The notes under the pieces: model-generated
What the model was told of the DNA's origin: nothing
Database searches by the model: none
What the model saw: only the letters and a program-made list of their open reading frames with translations
Origin: a virus
Lineage: Duplodnaviria > Caudoviricetes
DNA: 63,641 nt
Reading direction: 5' to 3' (one strand)
Virus record (IMG/VR): IMGVR_UViG_3300032311_000461
Coordinates: 1-63,641 of that record
Translations under genes and position numbers: made by a program
Part shown: piece by piece, positions 19,146-28,547 of the stretch
How the letters are laid out: every line of letters starts with the position of its first letter
How positions within the stretch are numbered: position 1 is the stretch's first letter

Positions 19146-19438
19146 TTTGGATTACTTTCGAGCTTGAACTTCTCCAGCTTCTCTGGCGGCTTGGCATCGT
19201 AGATCACCGCATACACAAGGTCCCGGGTTACACTCGCCGCAACCTCACACCCCTGCCGCTCCAAGCTGTTCTTGAGTTCCAGTAGTTGAATGACCGTTCC
19301 GATCTCACGGGACTGTTCGCGGTTTCTCCTCCACAGGAGAGAGGACAGCCACAAGCTGATTGTCTTGGTTACAAACGGGCTCGTCAGAAGCAATACGCCA
19401 ACGATCAAGATCAGGTTCTGTGGTGTGGCCCAGTCCAT
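19142..19438 (-). CDS. Membrane protein (holin/spanin-like candidate)
   Basis: N-terminal hydrophobic helix, within a cluster of membrane-targeted genes. Confidence 0.5.
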   Translation of the reverse strand: MDWATPQNLILIVGVLLLTSPFVTKTISLWLSSLLWRRNREQSREIGTVIQLLELKNSLERQGCEVAASVTRDLVYAVIYDAKPPEKLEKFKLESNPK

Positions 19439-19439
19439 C

Positions 19440-20225
19440 TTATTCCTTTGTTAGGGAGGCGAATCTGTCGGACTGCCAGTCGATGAAGTTGGAGAGGTGC
19501 TGGAGGTCGAGGTAGTCTGGGTCACGCTTCTTGACCACTGCCAACATCGTCCGGCAGTACCTCTCCATCTCTCTGGCAAAATCCTCTGTCTCGCTACGTT
19601 TCTCCCATCCAAGTTGGCGGCGGGCAATAGTTCCGGTGATGTAGGCATTCCACTCGTCCAGCAAATAGATCGGACTCTTGTTCCAGTCCTTCCGTTGCTC
19701 GACCATGTAGAGCTTGTAGATCGCCCCCCGCTGGTTCTTGGGGACCGTGTTGGCCACCTGTTCAATGGTGATCTCTGGGTGTCTGAGGACGATTCCCTTG
19801 CCGTTCCCTACATAAATGCCGTGTTTGACCGTGCTGGCGTGAAGCCGGTTGGACACCCCGTGGTTCATCTCATGCGCCCAAGTCACCAGATCACCGGGCT
19901 CTGTGGGGTCAGCCCAGTAGTGAGGGTTCTCAAGGCGGCAGTAGAGGTCAGTAAGAACGTCGCACTTCTGCGGTGTTGGCTTCCTGAGGGGCGGGCAGAT
20001 TCCAGTGACAAAGGGAAGGTCCGGCTTGACCAGCACCGACACAGTTTTGGGTTTGGGCGGGGGTGGGTCAGGAAGCCGGACTTGAGTTGGTTCTGTTCTT
20101 AGCTGGTAGGGCTGAAAAGATTTCGGCTGGCGGGGAGCTTTGGGCTCATCCCGCCAGCCGAAGATCGCAAGCACTAGGCCAACCAGAATGGCAATCCGCC
20201 CAGCGGTGATTGCTAGGGATTCCAT
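19440..20225 (-). CDS. Membrane-anchored HExxH metallopeptidase-like protein
   Basis: N-terminal TM, Pro-rich linker, WAHEMNHG and downstream LLDEWNAY (third-ligand Glu). Confidence 0.6.
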   Translation of the reverse strand: MESLAITAGRIAILVGLVLAIFGWRDEPKAPRQPKSFQPYQLRTEPTQVRLPDPPPPKPKTVSVLVKPDLPFVTGICPPLRKPTPQKCDVLTDLYCRLENPHYWADPTEPGDLVTWAHEMNHGVSNRLHASTVKHGIYVGNGKGIVLRHPEITIEQVANTVPKNQRGAIYKLYMVEQRKDWNKSPIYLLDEWNAYITGTIARRQLGWEKRSETEDFAREMERYCRTMLAVVKKRDPDYLDLQHLSNFIDWQSDRFASLTKE

Positions 20226-20236
20226 TCTTGGGTTGG

Positions 20237-21010
20237 TCAGACGGTGGGCTCAGGCGTGACAGCCGGATCGACAACCGGAGCGGGTTCCACCACCGGAGCA
20301 ACTTCCGGGGCGACAACCGGCTCGACCACCGGCTCCGGTGCAGCGACCGGGGCAGCATCGACCGATGGGGCCGGGGCAACCTCGACCACGGGCTCAACCG
20401 CCGTGGAAGGAGCCGCAACCGGATCAACGGCAGCGTCTTCAGTCGCAGGAGCTTCCTCGTCGGCACCCTTCGTCACCGGCACCACCGAACTACCAGCTTG
20501 CACGTTGACGAGCGTCCGAACCTTGCCCTTGGCCGCAGCCGAGATCGCAACGCCAATCGAAGTGCCAGCCGCACCAACCGCCGCAGTACCACCGGCACCG
20601 ACACCCACCAGCGCACCGGGGGCAAAGGTAGCCGAGGTCATGATGGCAGTCGGGCCAGCGGTCACCAGCCAGAAGACATCGCCAACGGCAACACCAGCGG
20701 GCGGGAGGTACTCGTCAACCACACCCATCGGAGCGTCGGCCACCGCAGCCGCAGTGCCGTCCACCTCTTCAAGAATGGCACTCTTCTTGAACTTGGCGAC
20801 CTGTCCCGCGAGAAGGGGGCCAGTCGAGGTGTTGCGAACCGCGATGCAGGTCACAAGCCGGTTGCTAAGGAACGAACCGGCATTGCTCGTCCGGGGGTCG
20901 GTGTCGGTGAACACCTTGGACGATCCAACGACGGCACCACCCTGAGTCGGGTCGGTAACACCGAGAGTCTGACCCCGGCCAAACCAAGGATCGGCACTGA
21001 TGATGGACAT
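20237..21010 (-). CDS. Putative capsid decoration/cement protein with acidic Pro/Val/Ala tail
   Basis: Directly after the MCP; GVVDEYLP...GDVFWLVTAGP. Confidence 0.6.
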   Translation of the reverse strand: MSIISADPWFGRGQTLGVTDPTQGGAVVGSSKVFTDTDPRTSNAGSFLSNRLVTCIAVRNTSTGPLLAGQVAKFKKSAILEEVDGTAAAVADAPMGVVDEYLPPAGVAVGDVFWLVTAGPTAIMTSATFAPGALVGVGAGGTAAVGAAGTSIGVAISAAAKGKVRTLVNVQAGSSVVPVTKGADEEAPATEDAAVDPVAAPSTAVEPVVEVAPAPSVDAAPVAAPEPVVEPVVAPEVAPVVEPAPVVDPAVTPEPTV

Positions 21011-21040
21011 GAAGTTCTACTTTCAGGTGAGGGGTTGGGA

Positions 21041-22174
21041 TCAGGCAATCGCTTGCAGCTTAAAGAAATTACGCGGACTTTTCAGCTTGATGTTCCCGAG
21101 GACACTCACGACGTACCTGTACGCCTGTGTATCTTCGTTATAGAACGGTCCCTCGCTTGTGAGGAGGTTCCCTTCCATGCAGTACAGTTCCATGTTGGCG
21201 ATTGACAATCCGTAGCCGCAGCCTGCCGGAACGGCATACTCGGTCGTGATGTCACAGCCATCCTGCATGAAGGAGTCATTAAATCCGTACTGCTTCAAGC
21301 CGGTGTTACTGGAGATGAGAGCCCGCTCCTTGCTGTCCAACTTGTTCATGTAGTTGATGTACAGCTTCCGGTCGAGGACAACCATGTCGATCTGGCTCTC
21401 CTTAGTATCATTGCGTTTTGCCTGTTGGATGCCCTCGCGCACAGCCTGAACGCACTGGTCATCCCAAGTGAAAGAGTCGCCACCCGTGGCGTTCTTGCCC
21501 TTGAAGTAACGGCTGGTGTAGTTGACCACGATTGGCGACCAGTGGTCATACTCTGGATCGGCCACACCGTTGGGCCAGCTACCCTCAAGCTGCGAGCCAG
21601 CCACGGCACCAAGGCCAGTGCTGAGTCCAGCGTAGTTGTCGGCGGGCCAGCCAAACGGATCGTCTGGGTTGGCAGTCCGCTTGCTACCATCGGTGATGTT
21701 GACCGTACCGTCGATGGCGAATACGGATTCCAGCCCATGAAATCGCAATTCATTGCCGGACTTATTACCGTCGATGTAGATTTCCTTCGACAGGTGCTGG
21801 CTCATCGACTCCTCAAGCCGCGTGGCCATGCCACCAGCGACGTTGATAAGTGCAGCCTGACCGCGATTCTCAAGCATTTCACGCTTGTAAATCGAATCCG
21901 TGACCTGATACCCACGGTACGGGAGGGTCGCGGTCGAGAAGAGATTCTGACGGGCAAAGACTCGGGGAGTCTCACCGTTGTTACCAGACACCGGCTGGTT
22001 CCGCATACGGACCTGCCAGTTGAGATTGAGGCCAGCACTGTTCATCACCACATTGCCGGAACCTTCCAGCATGGCGAAAACTTTGAAGCGACGGAACGTG
22101 GTCTGCTCAGTCTCCCGCAAATAGTTCTGGATCGTAGTCTGAATAACGCGGGCCCAGTCAGTGCTATTAGCCAT
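21041..22174 (-). CDS. Major capsid protein
   Basis: 377 aa after the scaffold; LENRG..ALIN, IYIDG, FHGLESV, C-terminal SPRNFFKL. Confidence 0.8.
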   Translation of the reverse strand: MANSTDWARVIQTTIQNYLRETEQTTFRRFKVFAMLEGSGNVVMNSAGLNLNWQVRMRNQPVSGNNGETPRVFARQNLFSTATLPYRGYQVTDSIYKREMLENRGQAALINVAGGMATRLEESMSQHLSKEIYIDGNKSGNELRFHGLESVFAIDGTVNITDGSKRTANPDDPFGWPADNYAGLSTGLGAVAGSQLEGSWPNGVADPEYDHWSPIVVNYTSRYFKGKNATGGDSFTWDDQCVQAVREGIQQAKRNDTKESQIDMVVLDRKLYINYMNKLDSKERALISSNTGLKQYGFNDSFMQDGCDITTEYAVPAGCGYGLSIANMELYCMEGNLLTSEGPFYNEDTQAYRYVVSVLGNIKLKSPRNFFKLQAIA

Positions 22175-22188
22175 TTGGCTCTCCTAGG

Positions 22189-23265
22189 TCAGATGTAACC
22201 GGCGGCATTAAGGTTTTCCGCCAACATTTGCTCAAAAGTAAGTTTCTGCTTCGGCTGTCGAGGATCGTTGTTGGCGGCACCGGCTGACCGACTTGGATTT
22301 CGGCTGGCTTCCCGGCGTAAGTAACTCATGTTCTGCTGGGCAAGGTCTTGGGGTGCTGGTGCTTGGGCCACTGGGGCTTGCTGCACTGGCGGTGCCGCCT
22401 GAGGTGGCTGGGGCTGATACTGCGGTTGAGGAGGAGCGGCTTCCTGAGCGTACCGTTGCCGGAACAACTCAAGCTCGACCTTCTCGACCGCGTAATCAGC
22501 CCGGGGCTTACCGGGCGGAATACCTTTTGACATTGCTTCGTCAACATACTTATGGAGTAGCAAGCCCGCTGGTGAAACGCTACCTGTGTTCTGGTCGAAC
22601 AACCAGTCAGCGTTTTCCTTCTCAAAGTTGGTTACAAAGCTCTCCCGATCACGGGACTCAAGCTGTTGCTGAACGATCTCTTGTGCCTGTTTTTGAGCCA
22701 ATTCCGCAACCATCGGACCAAGGGCATCCTCCGGGTTACTCAGGAACTTCTGGGCAAAGTCGGCCCGGTAGTTCTGCCACTCGGAAAGTGCCAGCTTCGC
22801 GTCATACGGAGCGTCCGGGTGGATTACATCCCGGCCATTCTCGTCCTTGGTCAGGTAACGCTTGTAGGAATCCTTCAGTTCTGGAGGGTTCCACCACTTC
22901 TTGGCCTGAGGGGCAGCTTGCTGGGGAGCCTGTTGCTGGGGCTGTTGAGCTTGCTGCTGCTGAGAAGCCATCCACTTCTCAAACTCAGGCCGCTTGGAGA
23001 TGTACTCCTGAGCAATCGGCATGATCGAAACATATTGCTGCAACTGCCGGGAAGCAGCTTGTTCACGCTGCATCGACTGATACAGACTTGCCGCTATCGC
23101 CCGATCATCCTGCCCCTGAAACTGGGGCAGTTGCTTGAAACCGTCCCACGGCGAGTACGCGACTTCAGCCTGTGGGGACTGTTCCGGCTGCGAATCCGCA
23201 ACAGGAGCATCATTCTCAACTGGAATGGAATCTTGCTCAATGTCTTCTGACATGGTGGCCTCCAT
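22189..23265 (-). CDS. Putative scaffolding protein
   Basis: Acidic, Gln/Pro-rich helical protein upstream of the MCP with terminal TFEQML helix. Confidence 0.65.
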   Translation of the reverse strand: MEATMSEDIEQDSIPVENDAPVADSQPEQSPQAEVAYSPWDGFKQLPQFQGQDDRAIAASLYQSMQREQAASRQLQQYVSIMPIAQEYISKRPEFEKWMASQQQQAQQPQQQAPQQAAPQAKKWWNPPELKDSYKRYLTKDENGRDVIHPDAPYDAKLALSEWQNYRADFAQKFLSNPEDALGPMVAELAQKQAQEIVQQQLESRDRESFVTNFEKENADWLFDQNTGSVSPAGLLLHKYVDEAMSKGIPPGKPRADYAVEKVELELFRQRYAQEAAPPQPQYQPQPPQAAPPVQQAPVAQAPAPQDLAQQNMSYLRREASRNPSRSAGAANNDPRQPKQKLTFEQMLAENLNAAGYI

Positions 23266-23304
23266 TTAAGAAGTAAGACCACCGAATTGTGTCAAGGGTC
23301 TGGC

Positions 23305-23320
23305 GGCGGGCAATAGTTAC
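23305..23320 (-). promoter_or_regulatory. Conserved motif GTAACTATTGCCCGCC upstream of scaffold/capsid operon
   Basis: Repeat of the 15632 and 26361 motif. Confidence 0.55.
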
Positions 23321-24678
23321 TTGGAGATTAATCCGCGTAACCAACTGCCAGCACCATAAGCAGCATTGCCAGCCGGTGCGATTGCGTTACCTATTTTGGT
23401 TACAGTTGTCTGTGGGCGAACGATCTGGCTGTTGAGGTTTTCCAGCACCTTGAACGATTGGTCGCGGGTTTTATCCTTCTGTTGCTGTGCAACTTCCCAC
23501 TCGCTGTTGCTGCGGGTGTCGCCACCAAGTAACTCCGCACCTAGCTCAACAGCGTTGGTTACATCCGCCGCCTCGTCCTTGATGTGGTGGGCAATTCTGC
23601 CGCCCGCAGTGGGATTGGCGACAAGGTTTTTGGCGATGTCATCGGCTGTACTCTGGGCAAATTTCGCCACACCGGGGACCCCGGTCCTTGCAGCCGCACC
23701 AGCCACACCCCGAACTGCATTGGGAATGGCCTTGTGGGAACCAACGAAACCAGTGCCGTCAAGCATTCCGTTGCCGAAACTGAGGCCAGCATTGATCACG
23801 GGCTGGATGTATGGGACCTGCCCATTCATTCGCTCTGGGAGAAATCGGTTTCCGACTGCACCCCGGAACGTATCCCCGGCACTCATCCCCTCGGAGCCGT
23901 ACCAAGCGTTCTGGCCTTGCTGGATCAGACCGTCGTTGCCCCTCCAGCCATTGTCATTTGCCAACACGGGATTGGTGCGGAAGAAGTCAGACCCCTGTGA
24001 GCGAACTGCCGCATTGCCCATAGCCGCAGTTGGGTCTGTAGTTCTGAGGATCGCCGTCCCAAGTTGGCTCATGCCGTCCGAAACCGCTCCACCCATCTTG
24101 GTCGTGAAGCTGCCAACGAAGTTCTCGGGGTTCCATAGCTCCTGAACACCACCCTCTGGGATGCCCGGGAACATGGTGCCGGGGCCTGAGCCCGGGATGT
24201 AGGCGTGAGTCCGGCCTACCTGTTGTGCGTAATTCTTGGCGTGACCCTCATTCAGCTTGTTGGGAGAGCCGCCAGCCCATGCCGCCGCGCTTGGGAACCA
24301 ACTGTTGTCGGCTTGCTGCGGGGCAATGGAGTCATAGAGCCGGTTTCGGTTCTCAAGCTGGTCGAGGTACTGACCACCCGGCGAGAACTCATAGGACTCC
24401 GGGGCCCTGCCAAGAGCTTTCGATTGCTCGGGAGTCCAGCCCTTCCCCGAATACCCACTGAGCATCTGATCCTGAAGGGCCCGCTCATCGTCATCTTGCG
24501 GCTGGTAGCTGGGGTGACCCACCTGCCGGTAATACTTGAAGTCATCAAGCTGCGGGTGCTGCTTGCCAGCCGCGTGGGCAGCCGCCATAGCTTTCGCATT
24601 GAAACGAAGCTGTTGCTCCGGGGGCAACCGGGCAATGTCACGGGAGTAGGCGTGATAGAGTGCTTCTTCAGGTGTCAT
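23317..24678 (-). CDS. Hypothetical protein, possible internal virion protein
   Basis: 453 aa Gly/Ala/Gln-rich, coupled ORF. Confidence 0.7.
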   Translation of the reverse strand: MTPEEALYHAYSRDIARLPPEQQLRFNAKAMAAAHAAGKQHPQLDDFKYYRQVGHPSYQPQDDDERALQDQMLSGYSGKGWTPEQSKALGRAPESYEFSPGGQYLDQLENRNRLYDSIAPQQADNSWFPSAAAWAGGSPNKLNEGHAKNYAQQVGRTHAYIPGSGPGTMFPGIPEGGVQELWNPENFVGSFTTKMGGAVSDGMSQLGTAILRTTDPTAAMGNAAVRSQGSDFFRTNPVLANDNGWRGNDGLIQQGQNAWYGSEGMSAGDTFRGAVGNRFLPERMNGQVPYIQPVINAGLSFGNGMLDGTGFVGSHKAIPNAVRGVAGAAARTGVPGVAKFAQSTADDIAKNLVANPTAGGRIAHHIKDEAADVTNAVELGAELLGGDTRSNSEWEVAQQQKDKTRDQSFKVLENLNSQIVRPQTTVTKIGNAIAPAGNAAYGAGSWLRGLISK

Positions 24679-25910
24679 GCGAGTAGGGCAGTCCGTAGGC
24701 TGGGATTGGTGGCACCCGTCTTGAAGTTCATGTCCTTGATGTCCCGCAAGCCATCTTTCCCGGCGGCATCAATGATCTCCTGCATCTTCTGCATCCCGCT
24801 CTCGTAGCCGTGGGCAGGCTGGTCGAACTGCCGGTGTCCGGGGAGGTTGATCATGGGATCAGCACCCGTGGCATCGTAATGCCGAACGTAATCAATGAAG
24901 TTGTCCGCTGTGTTCTTGTTGAGCCCGATGTCACGCATCTTCGGGTTGACCGTTTCGGTCTGCCGCTTCAGGTGAAACAGGAGATTGCTCATCTCTGTCC
25001 CGTTGCTGCCCAGATAGTACGAACCGGGGCCAAGCTCCCACTGCCTGTCGGTTACGGCAGGTCGCATTCGCTGCTCATTTATGAACGCTTGCGAAGGATT
25101 GACACCATCAAGGATCGAATGGATTGCTTCATGCTGGCCCACATTGAAGCCGTTTAGTCCGGGGGTGCCGCGACCATTGACGTAGGGGTCACCGAAAGCG
25201 TTGTGGTAAATCTGCTTGTGGAGGGCAGATGCAAACCCCTGCTTGCCGTCCACGTTGGCAAAGCTGTTAGGGCTAAGACCCCGGAACATGAGCCACTTCC
25301 GCTTCCACTCGTCCTCAAGGTTTCCTAGGTGGTAAACGGAAGAGTTGTCTCCCATGCCGTCCGAACCGTCCGGGTGGTTCCTGTCCCTGATTCTGGTGAG
25401 TACCCGGTCGCTCTGGGCCCGGTCACCAGTGATGCCGTCGAGCAACCTCCACGGGGAGGTGCGGGTCACTGCCGTATCAAAGCTGTGGCCCATCATGTCC
25501 GGGGCTCGACTGTCCACCGCCACCTCGGTGCCAAGCAACCCCCTTTTCCTTACGGTGGGGGCATTTCCGGTGAGGGTGTTGCGAAGTTTGTTCGTGTAGT
25601 TGCCGTTCTGGGCAAGGTCAGCCCACATGATGTCATTGGCTACCCGGGCGGATCGGCCAGTCCCGGTACTCTCAATCGCATCAGAGGCAATTCCCATCGG
25701 CATGAGCGGCCAAAGCGGAGAGTCCTTGCTGTCCTGAATGTGTTCTTCAGTCATCTTGATTGCGGTCTGGTCTGCCGAATCAATGTTAGTGGGGTGCGGC
25801 TTGATGCCCCGGTAGGCATCCTCCAGATTGGTTCGCCGGATAGCGCGGGCAGCATCATCGGGAATGAAATACGGAGCCGCCCCAACCAGCTTCCTGATCA
25901 TCTCTGCCAT
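24675..25910 (-). CDS. Hypothetical protein with HExxH zincin-like motif
   Basis: GQHEAIHS...TEMSN; GGAGG SD; MAEMIRKL N-terminus. Confidence 0.7.
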   Translation of the reverse strand: MAEMIRKLVGAAPYFIPDDAARAIRRTNLEDAYRGIKPHPTNIDSADQTAIKMTEEHIQDSKDSPLWPLMPMGIASDAIESTGTGRSARVANDIMWADLAQNGNYTNKLRNTLTGNAPTVRKRGLLGTEVAVDSRAPDMMGHSFDTAVTRTSPWRLLDGITGDRAQSDRVLTRIRDRNHPDGSDGMGDNSSVYHLGNLEDEWKRKWLMFRGLSPNSFANVDGKQGFASALHKQIYHNAFGDPYVNGRGTPGLNGFNVGQHEAIHSILDGVNPSQAFINEQRMRPAVTDRQWELGPGSYYLGSNGTEMSNLLFHLKRQTETVNPKMRDIGLNKNTADNFIDYVRHYDATGADPMINLPGHRQFDQPAHGYESGMQKMQEIIDAAGKDGLRDIKDMNFKTGATNPSLRTALLA

Positions 25911-25928
25911 CAGACTCGCCCTCCGAAA

Positions 25929-26072
25929 CTACTTGTGGTGTCGCTCACGCCACTCTTTCCACCGGAACGCAAGCTCGGCAATCCCGCCTACGAGCGCAAC
26001 GCCACCAACGACAAAAGCGAGGTAGCACACCATCGCGTAAGTCAGGTCAACAACGAAGCGGGCGGGTTCCAT
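25929..26072 (-). CDS. 47-aa membrane protein (not in ORF track)
   Basis: MEPARFVVDLTYAMVCYLAFVVGGVALVGGIAELAFRWKEWRERHHK; ATG 7 nt after CCGGGACATAA. Confidence 0.55.
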   Translation of the reverse strand: MEPARFVVDLTYAMVCYLAFVVGGVALVGGIAELAFRWKEWRERHHK

Positions 26073-26079
26073 GCACTAC

Positions 26080-26090
26080 TTATGTCCCGG
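26080..26090 (-). promoter_or_regulatory. Late-promoter-like motif CCGGGACATAA, copy 2
   Basis: Exact repeat at the head of the leftward structural block. Confidence 0.55.
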
Positions 26091-26286
26091 CTGGCGGATT
26101 TTGCTCCGCTGCCCGCTTCTTGGCCCGGTACTGCTTCATGTAAGCCGCCTTCTTGTCCTTGAAAGCCTTGTAGGCAACCGGGTCCTGCTTCAGCACCCGG
26201 CGACGTTCGTGATAGCCACGGCGACCAGTCTCTCGGTCAGCGTCAGCGTTGATAGCGAGGTAGGCAGCGGACTTGTGCAGCGGCAT
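26080..26286 (-). CDS. Small basic protein
   Basis: 68 aa, KKAAYMKQYRAKK helix. Confidence 0.5.
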   Translation of the reverse strand: MPLHKSAAYLAINADADRETGRRGYHERRRVLKQDPVAYKAFKDKKAAYMKQYRAKKRAAEQNPPAGT

Positions 26287-26339
26287 GGGGAATCTCCCGG
26301 GGGTAATCGAACTGCATTGATTACAAGCACCCTCAGGGA

Positions 26340-26376
26340 GGCGGGCAATCCTTTGATCGCGTAACTATTGCCCGCC
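26340..26376. promoter_or_regulatory. Inverted pair GGCGGGCAAT-N17-ATTGCCCGCC at the divergence point
   Basis: Two opposed copies of the ATTGCCCGCC motif between divergent genes. Confidence 0.5.
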
Positions 26377-26385
26377 GCGTAACTC

Positions 26386-27129
26386 ATGCAGATAATGCGG
26401 TTTCAGGCTGAGTTAGTAGACATTGCCACACGGGGGACACAACCAATGAGGCTGCACGAAATCGGCGCGATATATGACCCGAAACATGAGGAAGCTCTGG
26501 CCAAGCTGAACTGGAACATCCGCAGTGGATATGCCGGGGCAAGCAAGCCCAACCCCGAAACCGGAAAAACGATGTATGCAGGAGCCATGCACCGCATCGT
26601 CTGGGAGCTTGAGTACGGCAGCCCAGCCCCAAAGCTGATCGACCACATAAACCGCAATCGGCTAGACAACCGGGTGTGCAACCTGCGGGCCGGAACACCA
26701 ATCCTGAACGCAGCCAACAACAGCGGGCAGCCAAGCCAACGGAAGTACGGGAACCCGCAGGGCTGTTACTTCGACAAGCGGTCGAGAACATTCAATGCCG
26801 CCATCACGCACAACGGCAAGGCAATCCCTCTCGGCTCCTTTGATACGCCAGAGGAAGCTCACGCCGCATACCTCAAGGCACAAGAATCGGTTCTGAAGCA
26901 CCTGACCACAGGGGAGCCGCTGGCCATCAGGGACACGACAGCAAGGCGGCAAGAAGTGCTGGCGTTACTGCAAGAGCTTGCCGCCAACAGGGCGACCCGA
27001 TCTGAGATTTGCAGAAAGGCTGACATCTCCCGGGTAACGCTTCGCAAGTACGAGAGGCTTCTGGGGCTGGAAATCACGCAGGCAAAGCGTGGAAGACCGT
27101 CAAAACGTGAAAGAAAACTGTCAGCGTAA
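26386..27129 (+). CDS. HNH endonuclease with AP2-like and C-terminal HTH domains
   Basis: MHRIV...IDHINRNRLDNRVCNLR; LGSFDTPEEAHAAY; TRSEICRKADISRVTL. Confidence 0.85.
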   Translation: MQIMRFQAELVDIATRGTQPMRLHEIGAIYDPKHEEALAKLNWNIRSGYAGASKPNPETGKTMYAGAMHRIVWELEYGSPAPKLIDHINRNRLDNRVCNLRAGTPILNAANNSGQPSQRKYGNPQGCYFDKRSRTFNAAITHNGKAIPLGSFDTPEEAHAAYLKAQESVLKHLTTGEPLAIRDTTARRQEVLALLQELAANRATRSEICRKADISRVTLRKYERLLGLEITQAKRGRPSKRERKLSA

Positions 27130-27581
27130 CCCCGTTTGTGTTTTTCGATTTACTCCAGCACCAGAACTAACAGATATACGCCCACACGCGGGGGGGCCCG
27201 GGAGCCCGCCTGCAAGCCCGCACAGGCCCGCGATTCTTCGCCCGCCCGCCCCTAGCCGCGACCGCCCGCCGCCCCGCAGAACCGCAGCCACGCGGCCACA
27301 CGGGCACTCCCGGGCATGGGCATGGCGTGGAAGCCCCGGTTGGCCCTTGGTTCCAAGGGGCAACCTCCCCACTTTTTGGGGGTTTTTCGGCTGACCAGCG
27401 GTGATTTTTTCACCACCCGGTGAACTTTTCCTCACCACCAAGGGGGGGTTTGTTGTCACCTTCGGTGGTCAGGCTGGCAGCTTTCCGCCACGGGCTGCGC
27501 GTTTGCGGTCATGGGCCCGCGCTGTCTTCCCCGGGTGTGTGCGTCCCCTCGCGTGCGCTGTCTTCGTGTGTGTGCGCCCGG

Positions 27582-27611
27582 AATCCCCGGAGGGGATTTT
27601 GGCCCTCTGGT
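27582..27611 (+). repeat. Hairpin-box element 1 (AATCCCC-GGA-GGGGATT-T-TGGCCCTCTGGT)
   Basis: 7-bp stem, 3-nt loop, 1 nt, conserved 12-mer. Confidence 0.9.
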
Positions 27612-27670
27612 TGTTGTCGGCAACGGCCAGTGTGGTCGCTGCGGCACAGCACACAACGGGAGGCACGGTC

Positions 27671-27874
27671 ATGCACACAGTCGAGCAGTACGTCAACGGG
27701 GAGTTCGTGGTGGCGGCACGGTTCACCGACATTCAGGACGCATACGAGTTCGCCAACGACATCGACGGGCTCGTCATCCCTGAAGGGATGACCGACGAGG
27801 GGGCGATTGCCAACCGGCGGCTGGATTTCATGGAGGCCGCTTGCGGGTGGTTCTGTGCGGCTGACGAGCGGTGA
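27671..27874 (+). CDS. Early hypothetical protein
   Basis: MHTVEQYVNGEF, GGGAGG SD. Confidence 0.75.
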   Translation: MHTVEQYVNGEFVVAARFTDIQDAYEFANDIDGLVIPEGMTDEGAIANRRLDFMEAACGWFCAADER

Positions 27875-27892
27875 GCCCTCGCACACACGCGG

Positions 27893-27922
27893 AGTCAGGG
27901 GACCTGACTGTGGCCCTCTGGT
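27893..27922 (+). repeat. Hairpin-box element 2 (AGTCAGG-GGA-CCTGACT)
   Basis: Same geometry, covarying stem. Confidence 0.9.
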
Positions 27923-27927
27923 TGGTG

Positions 27928-27973
27928 GCGGTGGCTGATCGGCAGCCTGACGGGTTCGATGCCCGTTCACCGC
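27928..27973 (+). ncRNA. Anticodon-less tRNA-like element 1
   Basis: GCGGTG/CACCGC closing stem, GCTG-ATCGG-CAGC hairpin, GACGGG-TTCGATG-CCCGTT T-arm. Confidence 0.7.
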
Positions 27974-28009
27974 ACTGGGTTCGGTTGTCCATTCACGGGA
28001 GGAACGATC

Positions 28010-28414
28010 ATGCAAGGGGTCATGCGGCAGGCAGTGACGGGGCGGAAGATTGAGCAGCGCATGGAGCGGGCCATGCGATGGGGCTTTGAAGACTGGCGGC
28101 AGACGAACACTGCGGTCACTTCGTTCTACGAAGGGCCCCTGTGGGTGCAGGAAATTCGCCTGCACGGCAACCTGATTGCCCGGGTCGAAAGGGGCTGCAT
28201 CGGGACCCGAAAGTTCGGCCACCGTCAAGTGAAACTTGACCACTGCGGCTGGAAGACGGCGACCACGAAAAGCCGCATGAACGCAGTGCTGAAAGCACTC
28301 GACCTGCCCATCAGCGTGTACCAGAGCAAGGGCGAGTGGTTCCTCTGGAACCAGACGGCGACCGTTCCGGCTGGTCGCTTTGACGATTTCAACGTGATCA
28401 CGCTCAACCCGTAA
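28010..28414 (+). CDS. Conserved phage early protein
   Basis: IRLHGNLIA...GWKTATTKSRMNA motif seen in many phage proteins; GGGAGG SD. Confidence 0.8.
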   Translation: MQGVMRQAVTGRKIEQRMERAMRWGFEDWRQTNTAVTSFYEGPLWVQEIRLHGNLIARVERGCIGTRKFGHRQVKLDHCGWKTATTKSRMNAVLKALDLPISVYQSKGEWFLWNQTATVPAGRFDDFNVITLNP

Positions 28415-28426
28415 TCACACACGCCT

Positions 28427-28456
28427 ACTCAACGGAGTTGAGTGTGGCCCTCTGGT
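28427..28456 (+). repeat. Hairpin-box element 3 (ACTCAAC-GGA-GTTGAGT)
   Basis: Same geometry. Confidence 0.9.
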
Positions 28457-28460
28457 TGGC

Positions 28461-28506
28461 AGCGACGGTGATCGGCACCGTCCGGGGTTCGACTCCCCGG
28501 GTCGCT
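28461..28506 (+). ncRNA. Anticodon-less tRNA-like element 2
   Basis: AGCGAC/GTCGCT, GGTG-ATCGG-CACC, CCGGGG-TTCGACT-CCCCGG. Confidence 0.75.
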
Positions 28507-28547
28507 CTGTTTCGTGTTCGGTTGTCTCACACACAAGGGGTTTTCAC

